64,000 bases of DNA from Marsupella aquatica (lineage: Eukaryota > Plantae > Marchantiophyta). This document shows, piece by piece, positions 14,490 to 27,795 of the stretch; within the stretch, counting starts at the first letter, position 1; every line of letters starts with the position of its first letter. Below the pieces are notes generated by a model. It worked only from the letters and a program-made list of their open reading frames with translations. It did no database searches and was not told the origin of the DNA. Location: NCBI GenBank assembly GCA_973895155.1, contig OZ316896.1, positions 5,151,925 to 5,215,924 of the forward strand, in the 5' to 3' direction. The position numbers and the translations under genes were made by a program.

Positions 14490-14860
14490 ATGCAAAAGTT
14501 TGCACGAAAGATGTTATGCAAAAGTTATCGATGCATAAGAAATTGTTACCCAAAAGAATACGTGCATTGTACAAAAGATGTTCTGTAAAAGATAGTTGTG
14601 TAAAAGATATCATTGTACAAAAGATGTTTTGTAAAAAATAGTTGTGTAAAAGATATCAATGCACAAAGAATCGCAACTCAAAAGATGTTGATGCAAAATC
14701 AATCTTGATCTGCAGAAGAGGTCAGATAGCCTTGTAAAAAAGAAATTGTTGATGTAAAAGGGCAAAAAGATGTTGCATAAAAGAAATCTTCCATGAAAGT
14801 GAATTTTGCATTGAAGATTTCTTAAAGTAAAAGACATACTTGCACAAAAGATGTTGTGAA
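14490..14860. repeat. Degenerate A-rich minisatellite (aaaagat(g/a)t core)
   Basis: Many copies of (c/t)aaaagatg/(c/t)aaaagata; cattgtacaaaagatgtt(c/t)tgtaaaa(g/a)atagttgtgtaaaagatatc is duplicated at ~14565 and ~14611. Confidence 0.6.
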
Positions 14861-17250
14861 TGAAAATATGTATTAGGATGTGTTCTTCTATAAATAGGAA
14901 GTTTCTTTGCAAGAGGTGCACGCCCAAGAGATAGTGAAAGATGGGTAGAGGTCCCCGACAGGCATTTGGTGCAGGTTAAGGGTAGGCATTTGGGCAGAGG
15001 CTAATAAATAACAGTCTCAATATGGGCTTCCACAAAAAAATGGCAGAATGGTCCACTTAACACCATAATAAAATGATTTCACTTTGGGTTTATATTTTGT
15101 ACAACATCTACCACTATGGTACCCTATCTCGCCAAAAAGTGGTTTTGTCCAATTACAAACTCATTAAAAAAGTGAGAACCAATCATGACCATCAAAACCA
15201 AGTTGCCTTCTAGCTTGCTTACACCTGACCAAGATAAAAACTTAATTAAAAAAATTATCTTTATTTACATTCAAATCATTTAAATTTGAAAAAATTGGAA
15301 AAAAACTTTATTATTTTTGAAAAACTTAAACAAAATATAAATAATTATTTCTCAAAAAAGCAAAAAGTTAAAAAACCCATATTTTCCCTGTCACTTGGTT
15401 ATGTTTAGACTTTGTGATGTGGTGCCTGTTATTTTGCATCTCCAATTTTTATGTGCAAAGCACTAGTTCTTGAACACAATCACAACAATTGTATGGTTGA
15501 AATCACACATAACATACCTTGACAACTACATGACAAAACTTATATTTTCTTGTCTTGCCTTGATGTTTTTTTCTCACCTTGACAAAATTTTATAATCTTT
15601 AAATATTTATCTTTCCTCATCATTTTCCTTTGTCATGACATCTTCATATTAACATTACATTTTTTTCTCACCCTTGAAATCTTTCTCTCATTCACATCTT
15701 TTTTTTGTAACATCTTTCCTCACCTTGACATATTTTTTTCACCTCAATATCTTATCTTATCACAATATCTTTCTCTCACCCCCTATATCCTTTCTCTTCT
15801 TGACACCTCTCATCATCTTTACATCTTTCTTTCATGTCGCGTCTCTCCTCAACATATGTTTCTCATTTCAACATTGTTTTCTCTCACTGACATATTCTCA
15901 CCTCAACATCTTGTATGCTATTGACATGAGAGGATCATGGCAGGAGGTGGGAGGATAGAGGAGGACAAATACTCCTATACTCCCCTCCCTTTTCTCCTCC
16001 ATCCCGGCTCCATTTTTCCAGTTTCTTTGTGACTCCTCTTTGTTTTCTTCCTTCTCATTTTTTTTAAACCTTGCAAATTAGCCATGACAACCACTTTATT
16101 CTACTTTATTTTGTGACTCCTCTTTGTTCTTTGGCAGTGTGATATATATCTTTGTTTTCTTGCTTCCCACTTTATGTTTTTGTTTTTCAGTTTTTAATTA
16201 TTAAAAGTCACCACTTTATTACACTTTATTTGTGACTCTTCTTTGTTTCCTTGCTCCCCACTTTTGTTTTGGGTTTTTTTGTGGCCTGTGTATAAAGTGT
16301 GGGGACCTTGTATTATAAGGTTTTAATGTGAACTATTTGTCCTCGTGTGAAATGCACTTTATTATCCCCACCATTGAAACCCTTCAGTCTTGTTCGAAAG
16401 CATCCTCACAATTTAGCCAACATGTCCAGTGTCTACGAAAACGCGGAGCCCGATCTCACAGTGGAGGAGATGGCTGCACGAATGTTCAGCAGAGCTTCAA
16501 TTGAGATTTGAGTTCGTTCCCTCGCGATTTTCCCCGTCCAGTCGTTCGCCGGTGACGCGAAAACCCAAATTGACGAGTGTGTCTGGAAATTTTGATCGAG
16601 AGTGGTCTCCGGTGATCTTCTTCCTGTCTCTGGATTCCATCTCTTTTTCGACGATTTTCTCGTTCTCTCCAGTGTTCTTTGTCCGGCGTGCTGAATTTCC
16701 CTTTCTGGATTGCGTCGACTCTGATTCCCCCCCTCTGGATTGAGTCGAGTCAGTTGTCGTCTTCAAACAAAGCTCCTGCTGAGTTTCTTCACGCGTGTGA
16801 CGAGGTTGCCCACCAGCAGTGTGTCAATTTGTCTTTCTCTGTCAATTGGCCGGAGTTTAGGGCTATCGATCGCCAGAGGTTGTTAAGGTTTTTCCTTTCT
16901 CCTTAGTCTCAGAACTCGTGCAGCCAACTCCTCGTTGAATCGCGACGCTGGGGATATTGACCTCGATTGTACCCGTAATTGTTTTCCCCGGCGTGTGTTG
17001 CGTTTTAGGGTTTGAATTGAGTTGGAAAGGAGAGAATTATCGGGTCTTGTGTTGCAAGAGATCGGGCGAACGAGTGAAGGAGAATCAAACGCCTTTTTGT
17101 TTCTGTGGCGTTCCTATCGATCGATGTGGTTCGGTGTAATGGTGGAGATCACTCTGTCGTGAGATGAGAAAGACTGAGCTGCAGCGTGCCACGTTGAGGA
17201 AAGTCTTCAGAGTTTCTGAAATATCATAGAGAGCAGTTGTGGCGGGAGCG

Positions 17251-20200
17251 ATGTCGAGTGCGCGGAGTTTTCACGAAACGTTCTATGGAACCCCCAGCGT
17301 GGACGAGTCTCGCAGGCGGCGGGGGAAGAAAAGGCACAAGGCAGAGAAGGAAGAACCACAGAACGAGGTGTCCGTGATCGGTGTCCATTACCGATCCTTT
17401 GACGACGATTCCATGGCCGCGTTTGTGAATTCCGCGACGGCTTTGGTTCCTTGGAATGGGGATTCGAAGCTGTTGATTGACCGATACGATGTACGGCACT
17501 TGCTCCAGGATCTTACGGGCATTCGTCGCCGCCGAGCCCGACCACCTTCTCCAGATGCAACGAAGGAAGAGCTTGACTACGAGCGGTTTAGGGATGTGGA
17601 AGGTCTGGAAAATCCTAGTCCTCCCGAGGGTATGAGCTTCTCCTTTGCCTTCCTCCTGATTTATTCCTGTGCTGGTATTCCTGGATGTTCAGATGGTGCC
17701 AAATCAGTTATATATTTCATGTACTGTGTGTCCGAACGGAGCTCACCCTTGGGGCAGAGGTGTCCATGATGTGACCCGGAGCTATGGAAAGCCCCTTTCT
17801 GAGATGTTCGCTGTTAGGGTTTATTCGTGGAGCACCAGTCTAAAGCTTCCCCTCGATGGATCGACCTATACCTGATATGACCCTTGGAGGAATGACAATT
17901 GTCCATCAAACCTGTATTACAAATATCTCCAAGAGAATCGAGAGATGCAAGTACCCTGTCGTGTGCCGCGGCAAATGTGCGGTGACGACATCGTCATGTG
18001 AGGGATGCAGACTGGCGGAAGTTCCGTGTGGATGGATTTGTGAAGTAACTCGCCACAAGTTATTGGCAGCTGAAGCCCAGTAGGGTTTTGTCCAGTGAAA
18101 TTACTCCAATAAAAGTGGAGCTTTGAACTCATCCTGGAACTGTATCCAGGGCTGCATTGTCTACCAGTGTTTCTCTGTGAAGTCTTAGGACCAGCAACAT
18201 TTGGTTAGATGGAAGATTCACTTAGGTCAGCTTGAAGCAAGCAGAGATATGAGGCCTCGTTGGTGGGAAGTCAACCTGCATTGAGTTAGTAAATTCTGCA
18301 GCACCTAAATCTCCGTCAAAAGGCATCCATAGGTGCCGGTTTCGTTCGATCTACCAAGGTCCTGTAGACGAGAGGAAAGAGGGCAGAGGGCCGGGTTTGT
18401 CGGGTTGAGCTGCGAGAGGGCCTGAACGTCCTCTGGAAGGACAGTTGAGGTGCACGTTATCCAAGTTATAAGACTGTTATGCTCACCTCTCTTGATCATG
18501 TTCAAGCGTGCAGGCATGTCTGTTCATTTTGAGTTCATTTTTCTACTCCGGCCAACAGTAAGAGGCTTTAATCCTTCTCTCCTATATATGCGATCTAGAT
18601 TGCAATAGTCTTTTCTCTTGATGCTTAGCCACCGTTCCATGCATCCCCTGCATCCGATTGCAGTCGGACGAGATGTTTGCATCGTGGGATTAAGCTTGTA
18701 TCTGACACTGTGGCAATGACTTGCAGATGAAGTGATGGATGAAGACCCTACCGATGGTGGATATCAGAGGGTTGGCTTCGATTACGGGAATGGTGGCGAG
18801 CAGGCCACACGTAAAGAAAGGGTGGAGGATGCTTTATTCTCTCCACCATTCTCTGTTCCAGAACATTTACGCTTGCAAATCGTAAGTAGTGTGAATCTGC
18901 TCTCTCCTCTGATGGATGGACAAATAATCCAGTTGACTTAGTAATGCCCTTGAATCAGCTCTGCTCTGCCTACTGTGACACTAACGAGGGTGGGAGTGGT
19001 GTGTTCCTGACAACTTGACGAGGACTCTGGGTTTCAGGTTTGCTGGTGACGATTGGGACCAGGTTGTGGTGTCCTTAAGAATGTTCCTTGCTTCAAGCTG
19101 ATGAACGTGGCAATGTGCAGGGGGGCTTGAGGGTCCAGGGGCTTCTTGGCTGCTGTCATTTATGGACGGCACTCAACACCTCAGAAATCAAAATCCAGTC
19201 TCTGGGTTAGCTGCAATGTAACGGGCACTTGGCTTGTATACTCGTGTCTCATGCATGTCTTAAACTTCTCTATCCCACACCTGTGAGTTTACTTCTCTGG
19301 GCCCTATCGTGGGACAGTCGGCCGATGGTTGAGACTGTTCTAACCGGGATCCTACATGTTGACACGGCTGAGTCCTTCATGAAATCATTGACAATTCGGT
19401 TGTGTGTTTTGTCCTTACATGTGCAGCCTACCTCTACCAAGGTGCATCAGATCATGGCCGGAACTGCTAAATATGTGATTGAACATGGCGGGCAGGCTGA
19501 AATCGTTCTCCGAGTCAAGCAGGCAAACAACCCCACGTTTGGCTTTCTTATGCCTGATCACCATGATCATGAGTATTTTCGCTTTCTAGTAGCTCATCCG
19601 GAGCATGTAGGGATTGGTGCTACTGTACAGCAAGAAGAAGCAGCCGAAGTGGCAGTTGCAGCCAGCAGCGAAGAAGCCGAAGGCGGGTTGTCTCTTTTGG
19701 GAACGGCTTATGGTGATGCTGATGAAGATGACGAAGAGGATGACAGAGAAGGCGAAGCAAGTAAGGATCAAGCAGTGGAGCTGCTGGCAGTTGCAGCAGA
19801 AGATGTAAAGGAGGTAGACGATGTGACAAAACAACACATGGATGGCAGTAGTGATCATGGTGCCACCAGTAAGAGATCCTCCACAATTAATCTGACGACA
19901 ACAGATGGGGCAGAAGATGCGACAAAGGACACTGGGGATTCCATTGAAGGGTCTCTTGGATCTGACCTTCCTCAGGGCGCCGCGGAAGCTGGTGAGGCAC
20001 CAGTCGATGGGATGGCTGATTCTTGTTCTGGGTCACAAGAGCCAGTTCCCCCCGGAATGGAGGCATTTAGTTTGGGTTCAGGAGAGAAGGAAGGACATGA
20101 AGGTCGTGGTCTATCTGGAGATCTTGATAACCAGGTACTCCCTTACAAGGAGCCACCAACGCAGCTACGTCTTATTATTGATAAGATGGTGGAGTTCATA

Positions 20201-22687
20201 TCAAGGAATGGGAAGGAGTTTGAGGCAATTGTGAAAGAACGTGATAAAGCGGATCATCGGTTCCCCTTTTTTCTTCCTTGGAATGAGTACCATCCGTATT
20301 ATGTAAAGGAACTAGAGTCTGCTAGGCAGGTTCGTAATTCTATTCTTCTGAGAGCGTGGAACTTGCAATATTTGTTTCTCAAATTTTCTCATTGTCAGTT
20401 TCTCTTAGACTTGTCGGGTTGCCGCTGAATTTCTTCAAGTTTTATAAGCGGTGTATCTGTCAACACTTTTGGATATTTTGGATCAGCACAACTGATAAAT
20501 ACATGGATCAAGAGATGTTTTGTTAATTCACTGTATTTAGTTGTGTCCGATTTCTGCCTCATGATCAGTTCCAGGGGCTTGTAGACTTGTACTGTACCTC
20601 TTATTTTATTGCAGCAGCGGACTCGATTTTTCTGCGATGGGAATTTCCTGGAAAACTTAGGATTTGATTCATGATTAATTTAATGTCTTTATTGTGGTTT
20701 GCAGGCACAGTTGTCTGCAGGAACTGATGCTGCTGGTATTCTATCGGCCGGTGAAACCTCCAATCCTCTGCAGGGCCAAGTTGAAGAGAAAGATGACGAA
20801 CCTGAGAGCTTTCTGAATGGTGTCCCCTATTGGGACATCTCTCAGGCAGTTGAGTCCAATCTGGAAAATATCGAGGGTCGAGCATCAGATATGCCGGAAA
20901 GAAAGGAAGGAGAATCTTACAATGGTGAGGGTGGGATGGGTTTTGACGCTGTAATGGCTGCTGTGCGTTTTGCTACCCGAGGTCGTCCTCAAACTGTTGA
21001 AGACAACAATGAATCAGATTTACAGGGCGTTTCTGGTGGAAGTGAGCGCCAGAAGATTGGGTCTGATGAAGCAGTACTTGCGGCTATAAAGGCTGCTACT
21101 GGGAGAACCAAATTGGATTCTTCAGGGTCTATTGGCGAACAGGAAATTTCCTATGCAGCGGGATCAAATGGTTCAGCTGTAAAGGATGCCGTTCTAACTT
21201 CACCATTATCTTGGGACTCAGCTCTAGGTGATATCAAAGATACCATTCAAACTTCTTTATCACGTGGTGCTTCTCTAGGTGACATCAGTGAGCCCATGAG
21301 GACTTCAACATCCGTCTCTCCAAACATTCTGGAGGCTCGTATTGGCTTGGATCAGGATAATGCGGTGGTTCCCCATGCCGCTGTAAAAGCAGCAACTGTA
21401 TCAACTGGTGACCAAAGGGATTTAACGGAACCACAACTGACTACTCCTGAAAAGCGGAAGGCAGAGAGGTTGAAAAAGGCAAAACTTTTCGCAGCAATGA
21501 TCAAGGACAATAACGGATCTTTGACTGGTCCTGTACAGTCGTCTGGGCCACATGATATTTCTGCACCAAACGTTGACAGGCTCAACCCGGTGTTAGTTGC
21601 ATTGGAGAGCACAATATCTAAGTGTGGTGGTGAGACACAAGTTGCTTCTGTTGGTACAGAGCCTGAGACGAGGGAGCAGACTGGTGATCCACAGGTGCAA
21701 GTGGCTTTGGAGGCAGATATAGAATTAGTTGATACCTCGATCAAGCAGAGAAAGCACAAGTCGAAATCGAAGGACCAGGACGAGAAAAAGCGAAAGCATC
21801 GTCACAAAAGGGAAAAGGATGCCGATGAAAGGAGAAAGGAGAGCAGGCAGTCGCCTGACACAGGAGAGAGGAGAAAAGAGAGACACAATGACCACGAACA
21901 AGACGGTAAGAGGAAGGAAGGGAAACATACCCGTGAGCCAGAAGAAAGGGTGAAAGATAGTAAAAGTAGTGCAGCGGAAGGAAAGTTGAGGAAAACCGAA
22001 GATTTCCAGGACCTGGACGATAGGAAAGAAGAATATGAAGAAGCACGTAGAGATATGAGTTATTATAGTCATGATGTTGATGGCAGGAGGAAAGACAGTA
22101 AGTATAGATATGAGGCAGAACGCAGGAAGACAAAGGAGAGACCTAGACAGGACTCTGAAGGGCTGCGAAAGGAAAGTAGACATGTCTACGATTTAGAAGA
22201 ACAAGGGAGGGAAGACAGACACAAACGTGAGAGAGACCGGACGAGAAAGTACAAAAGGGATAGGTACGATTCTGAAGACAGTAGTGGAGATAGACATCAC
22301 TATGACTCGGACGAGATAAAGAAACGGAGCCACAGAGAAAGATACGACTCCGACGAGTTAAGGAAAGAACGGATCCATAGTCATGGAAAGAAGAAGAAAT
22401 TCTCCGACAAAACAGATGAGAGTGATGATTATGATGGCAGAAGAAACGAGCATAGGTCAAAGAAGAGTCGACAACATGGTGAAGATTACACACTTGCAGA
22501 GCGACCGAGTATGCGCAATCGAGACCGGAAAGTTGACAGGAAATCTGGTTTAGTGAGCCCCGTGAGGCAAGACGACGCACCAGAAACAGAATTAACGCGT
22601 GTTGGGGAGGAGAAATCTACTGTCCCATCTATAGATGTGCCTGATGACATTCGAGCCAAAGTCAGGGCAATGCTTGCAGGGCTATAG
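17251..22687 (+). CDS. SWAP (suppressor-of-white-apricot)/SURP-domain splicing regulator with N-terminal DRY_EERY domain (~1139 aa, 4 coding exons)
   Basis: Exons 17251-17629, 18727-18881, 19427-20329, 20705-22687, GT-AG with consistent phase. DRY_EERY: FDDDSMAAFVNS...IDRYDVRHLL...ELDYERFRD. SURP1: KVHQIMAGTAKYVIEHGGQAEIVLRVKQANNPTFGFLMPDH. SURP2: IIDKMVEFISRNGKEFEAIVKERD...FPFFLPWNEYHPYY. Also KAERLKKAKLFAAMIK, a long R/K/D/E-rich tail and C-terminal VPDDIRAKVRAML as in plant SWAP proteins. Confidence 0.9.
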
Positions 22688-24484
22688 ATCTGTTTCTTTA
22701 TCTTTCAGACGGGCTATAAAAGTTATTGTCCGTTACTTGGTGGATCTGGGTTTGAATCGTCTGCCAAGTTTGTTTGCAGCCTGGAGCTTTGGTCGGAAAT
22801 TTGAGCTAGAAGTAGATCGATTCAGGCATACACAAGTCGTAGTCCGGGCCTGCAATTTTATTTCGAGGTCCTGCATAGCCTGCTCTGTTGTACCCTAACC
22901 CGTATTTGGCAACTGATCTATTTCTCTTGGCTTCATAAAGGTGAATTGATCCTTCCTCTGAGAAACAGATCAGTTTACGGTCCAATGTACTTATTGAACC
23001 TTGATTGCAGATTCTTCGCATTGCTACGCCATAAGTGGTATTTCCACTACTGGTGCTTGCAAAGAGATTCATCGCAGAGTTTGAATACCTTTTTAAAGAC
23101 TACTCGTCCGTTGTTTTTCTCTGTTTTCTGGGAGTGGTGCTGACTGAAAGCTGAACGGTTTAAAGGAAGTCCCGCAGCTCTTGGACAGGTGTAGTTTATG
23201 AATCAAAGTCTCAGACTGCCTTTCTGTTTCTGTGAACAGCAGGCTAGTGCTATTTCCAAGATTACAACTTAAATTTAACAATAGCGCGCGCATGGTAAGC
23301 CTTTCCTCCAGATAAGTGGTTGTTGAACTTAGACAGGGTTCTTGCGAATGAATGGTGCCCCAGTTGTTGTAATCGTCATTTTGCGGACTTTGATGGTGCT
23401 CGCTAGCGGTACTACAACTTGTATACCTCCTCGCAGCAGAGCTCAACCTTTGACTGAAGCCTATGAAGGGCTCACTGCCAATATTTCCGTTCGATAATAC
23501 GTTTCGAAAATTGTACATCGTTCCTAGCAACGAAGAGCAAGAACGAACTGGCAGACTGGCCCGTGCTCAAACATCAAAAGTAGAAGCGCGTGGGCTGTAC
23601 GAGTAGAACCTAACAGAACAGTTTTCTCTAGTGGGCGATAAGTGGCATCTCACTACGATAGTAAAAGTTCCGATGAGAATGGGAGCTAATACACGCAGGA
23701 TCTACAAATGAATACGGAGGTATGATGAAACTTTTCGGTCAAACATGGGATGAATTTCGTCCTTCAAACAAGTCGTTCAGAGACATTTTACCCTTGCATT
23801 GGAGAATGTAGAATACCGAACGAGAACCACGTCCTCCCGTCATATCCTACTAGGCATGCGTTCAGTACTTGTGAATGGATATGTTTGGAGGTTCCTTTCA
23901 AATATGGTGAAATCGTTTGAGCTGGCCCGTATCCTGAATCTTGAATGGAAGGCACCAGAACGAGCTGGATTTCATTCCTCACGCAACTGGCCAAACATTT
24001 GTAACTTAGATTTCGTTCCACAATCCACCCTGAGCATTGCCCCATCTGTGTCATATCAACTCGAAGGCAAAGTCGTAAGGTATCGACTTTGTGACTCACA
24101 GTCCAAACTTTGAGCTGTCTTTTCCCTTGAGAACATCCAATTCCGATTAGGACGGGCACACCGTAAGTTAGAAGTTCTGATAGTTCTATGGGAATGGCAT
24201 GCGGTGATAATTTGTGCCCGTGGGTTTGGTCTCATGGTCGGTCATGCTATCCGGAAAGCGTTGAAACGAGACGAATGGCCTCCTTGCTTAGGTCGTAGCG
24301 GATGATTTTGCCGTCAAAGGCTGGACCCAACGTGCCGAACTCAGGCCAAAATTTCGTCAGTCCCAGCTGATGGACGTCCAGAAAGGACGACGATTACGAA
24401 TCATAGTTAATGGAAACAGATCATTCTGCAGCTGCAATACCAATGACCGTCCCTGAAATAGTTCCTGGACTCACTGGGCTGTCT

Positions 24485-24505
24485 TTTAGGGTTTAGGGTT
24501 TAGGG
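24485..24505 (+). repeat. Interstitial plant telomere-type repeat (TTTAGGG)3
   Basis: tttagggtttagggtttaggg read directly. Confidence 0.8.
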
Positions 24506-24728
24506 AGCAATTCTCAGACCGGGAACAGCACTTACAGCAATTCACAGTACCCTTACACTGAACGCTACACAAGGGGGCGTATCTCTATAGTTAAGTTGCT
24601 TCGACATGTTAACGGCGGCGTTTGACCTTTCATCTCACAGACATGTCGACTTGTTGGTGAGTGGTATCGTTGTAAGTGGGTGTGCAGATCTGGCAATCTC
24701 TTTTGCCAGATCTTGTCCCATGTCTATT

Positions 24729-24968
24729 CTAGAGTATTGCTACAGTCTTTTGATGATGCCAATTCAGGAAGTTTGGATTTGTTGTATAGTACAGACTTCT
24801 TGCACTCCAGAGCATTGCTCCAGTCTCTTAATGATCTCAGTTTAGGAAGTTTTGTTTTTCTGTAGAGTACGGACTTCTTGCACTTCAGAGTGTTGCTCCA
24901 GTCTTCTGATGTTGTCAGTTCAGTTCAGTTCAGTTCAGGAAGTTTTGGTTTTGTTGTACAGTACAGAC
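24729..24968. repeat. Tandem repeat, ~78-bp unit x3
   Basis: Unit agag(t/c)(a/g)ttgct(a/c)cagtct...ggaagttt...gtac(a/g)gact starts at ~24731, ~24809 and ~24887; the third unit has an (agttc)n expansion. Confidence 0.8.
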
Positions 24969-25454
24969 TCTCAGAGGACAGAGTCCAAATTTATCCATCA
25001 CAAGTAGGGCCTTCGATTGCTACCTGATGAGAATCACCCTAAACTTACACTGCCGGCATCAGTTCAGATATCTGGACGGGAGTGTAGTTCCTTGGACTGG
25101 CTAAATTGTTGTTGCTTCTTCGTCCCATTCAAACGAAAACTAAGCCAGCCCAAAGCATCTCTACTTTCGTACATCTGTCTTGGCATGCGTTGAACAGCAT
25201 GTACGAGAAGGGGAATGGAGGCTAAATCTCGCTGTCCCATTGGGAGATTGCACGATGAAGTTTTGTCGTGCTAACTCCAGATTCGAAGGTGCTAGAAATT
25301 GTGCCGAAGGTGGGATTTCTTTTGACGGAGGTTTTGTCCGATCCTCTGTCCTATCTCATTGGAGCAATATTGAAACTGGCAGTGATGGCAAATTAGAAAG
25401 GCCTCATCTCAAAGCCTAAGAATGCGGCTCCATTGTCTCTCTCGAATAGAGCAA

Positions 25455-26290
25455 CTTGCTGAGTAGGGAGCGAGGGGCATCTTCACCTTGTTTGTGCACT
25501 CGAGATATTGTATCCAATTTTGCTGTTGCTGTTTGTCTTGAATTGAAATGAGGAAGAACACTCAGTAGTCTCTCCCCACCCCAATAGTGACATACGTTCA
25601 TTGTGGGAACCCATTTCAGGGTGATCTCCCACAGATCAGACAAAGACCAGCACCAGGAGGAAGAGAGTATTAAAGCAGTGTTTCACACTGGACAACCCCA
25701 GTGGACAACCAAGGACTGAGTAGATGATCAGAACTCCCATCCACTAGCCACAAAACCCATGCCACCCACACCCACATATACATTGACCTTGGGGCCTTTC
25801 AGTTCCGGGCTCAACCCCTGGCTAACTGACCTAAGCCTGGCTATCCAACCTAAGCCACTTGGTTTGTATCCAACTTTCACACCTACAAATGGTTGCTGAG
25901 TAGGTAGAGAGGGGCACCTTCACCTTGTTAGTGCACTGCCTGGAGATATTGGATGGAGCCTAGCACACCTACAGATCCCCAGTTTCTGTCCTCATTGTCA
26001 TTTTTAAGACAATGATTGGGTGTTTGTTGCACTAGAGGGGGCTTAGACATATCCTTGCTAGGGCTGAGGCTGTTGGTTTTGTGACCCTCCTATCTTGGTT
26101 AGGTCACAGCTTTACCTAGCTTTTTAGTTTGCTGCTTAGTAGTGCTTTAGTTCTTTTGCTATTGCAGGGGACTCTTGAGCTCTTTGGTCTTCTTGGGGTT
26201 CTCTTTTCCCTGTTTTCTCCCCTTTATTGGGTTGTTTGCCTTTGGGATTGTGTGTCCCGGTTTGGCTCATTTTGTTCTCTTGCAGTGTGA
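25455..26290 (+). mobile_element. Highly degraded 3' remnant of an RLE-type non-LTR retrotransposon (related to the element at 44867-46995)
   Basis: gggcatcttcac / gggcaccttcac (G-H-L-H) at ~25475 and ~25912 recalls FGHLH of the better-preserved copy. cattttta-agacaa...gctagggct follows (cf. HFRQRISVTLQRAQARA), then a T-rich tail resembling that copy's 3' UTR. A ~50-bp block is duplicated (25460 vs 25898). Confidence 0.4.
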
Positions 26291-27468
26291 TATGCGAGCT
26301 AAAGTAGGTGGCAATGGTTATCTTGCCTGATGGAGGGGCAATCAGGATGGCATAGCAGGGTAATCCTTAAGGATTTTTAGAAAACTTTGCCAGTGTGACT
26401 AAAGGTACTTTGGGTTAGGGAGGAGACACTCAGAATGTTCTTTATACATATTTCCTAGATTTATTCCTGGCCATCAGATCTCCCTAGATTTAAGAAGAAC
26501 CGTCAAATTGTGGCTAATGGACCTTGTGTGTGTTGGAAAACTAGCTATTGAGACCCAGAAAAGTGTCAAATGATTCAGAAGGTGGAATTTACACAGCAAA
26601 AAGTTCTCCAACACCAATCTCATAATCTCTGACACTTTGTGCATACTCTAAATTAGTGAGTTAAGAATGGTGACATTTCAAGTGCCTTACCATACTAATT
26701 TTCAGAGAGCTCATATGCCATTAAGCATAGTCTAAAGATCATAATTTTCCTCTACCCTAGAAAAGATGGCCTAAGACTTCACTCTATGAGCCTGCTATGG
26801 AGTAGGTCAAGAATGGCAGACTTTTGTCACAAAACATAGTACAGACATGCCAATGCCCAAGTGTTGCACTATTAGCAAGGGTGAGGAGGCGCCGACCTCA
26901 AGACATAGGGCACTTGGTGAGGTAGGAAGGTATTTTTGGCCGATCAAACAGTGACTTGAAAAAGCAGTTTTCTACCAAATGGCCAAGATTTGTTCCCATC
27001 TAGATGACTGTTTGTAAACCTACAATCAAGCAGAATGGCCTGGATTGAATATTACAGTGTGTAGATATTGTCAATTACCTCCTCCCAATTCTAAGAGCCA
27101 TCCGAACACCATCATTTCTACTGGGTGACAACTGTGGGGGAAGGGGGGTGACTGACATGGAATTGGGCTCTCAAATACTTTAGGAGCACTATTTCAAAGG
27201 ATGGCCCCTAGGTTTTCCATGTTTGTAATGTTCTCTATTGGTACTGATTTGTTTTCACAAGTTCTGGTTTCTTGTAAGGTGAGCTGCTTAGAATACTATA
27301 CTTAAGTACTGAGATTTACTAAAATTGCCACTCTTGTTGTCAAAATGTATACTTTGTCACTTTTTTTAGTTTAAGTACTAATTTGCCATTGTTTCCATTG
27401 CAAGTTAGGCAAAGTAGCTATAGGTAACTTGAAACAATCCGACTGTCACCATCAGATGGGCTGTCACC

Positions 27469-27795
27469 ATCAGATGGTCATCCATGTCCTCTACCCTAAC
27501 CGCAACAACCGTTCCAGCTGTAGACATTGGATTGGGTCTCTTACTTTGCTACCCCTCCAACCCGCTCCGTCCGCTCTTGGTTGGCTGCCCCAATCCCTGT
27601 CCCCCTTGATGAGGGTGGGTGAGGGTGCTGAGGTTAATTTGAGGATGGATGATCATCCAATGAAGGATGGATGATCATCCTATGATGCAAACTGAGAGGA
27701 TGTTGACACTTGGATCACTCCCAGCTACCCAGAGTTACTTTGCTGTCAAGCAAAGTAAGAAGGCAGTTGTGGAGGAAAGTGGCAACATAGTAATT
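27469..27795 (+). repeat. Dispersed non-coding repeat, copy B (partner at ~7119-7397)
   Basis: See copy A. Small tandem duplications lie in and beside it (ctgtcaccatcagatgg x2; ggatggatgatcatcc x2). Confidence 0.75.

Noticed and set aside
23093-24159. ORFs of 104-145 aa downstream of the SWAP gene
   Set aside because: No recognisable domain or convincing exon chain, and mostly non-ATG starts.
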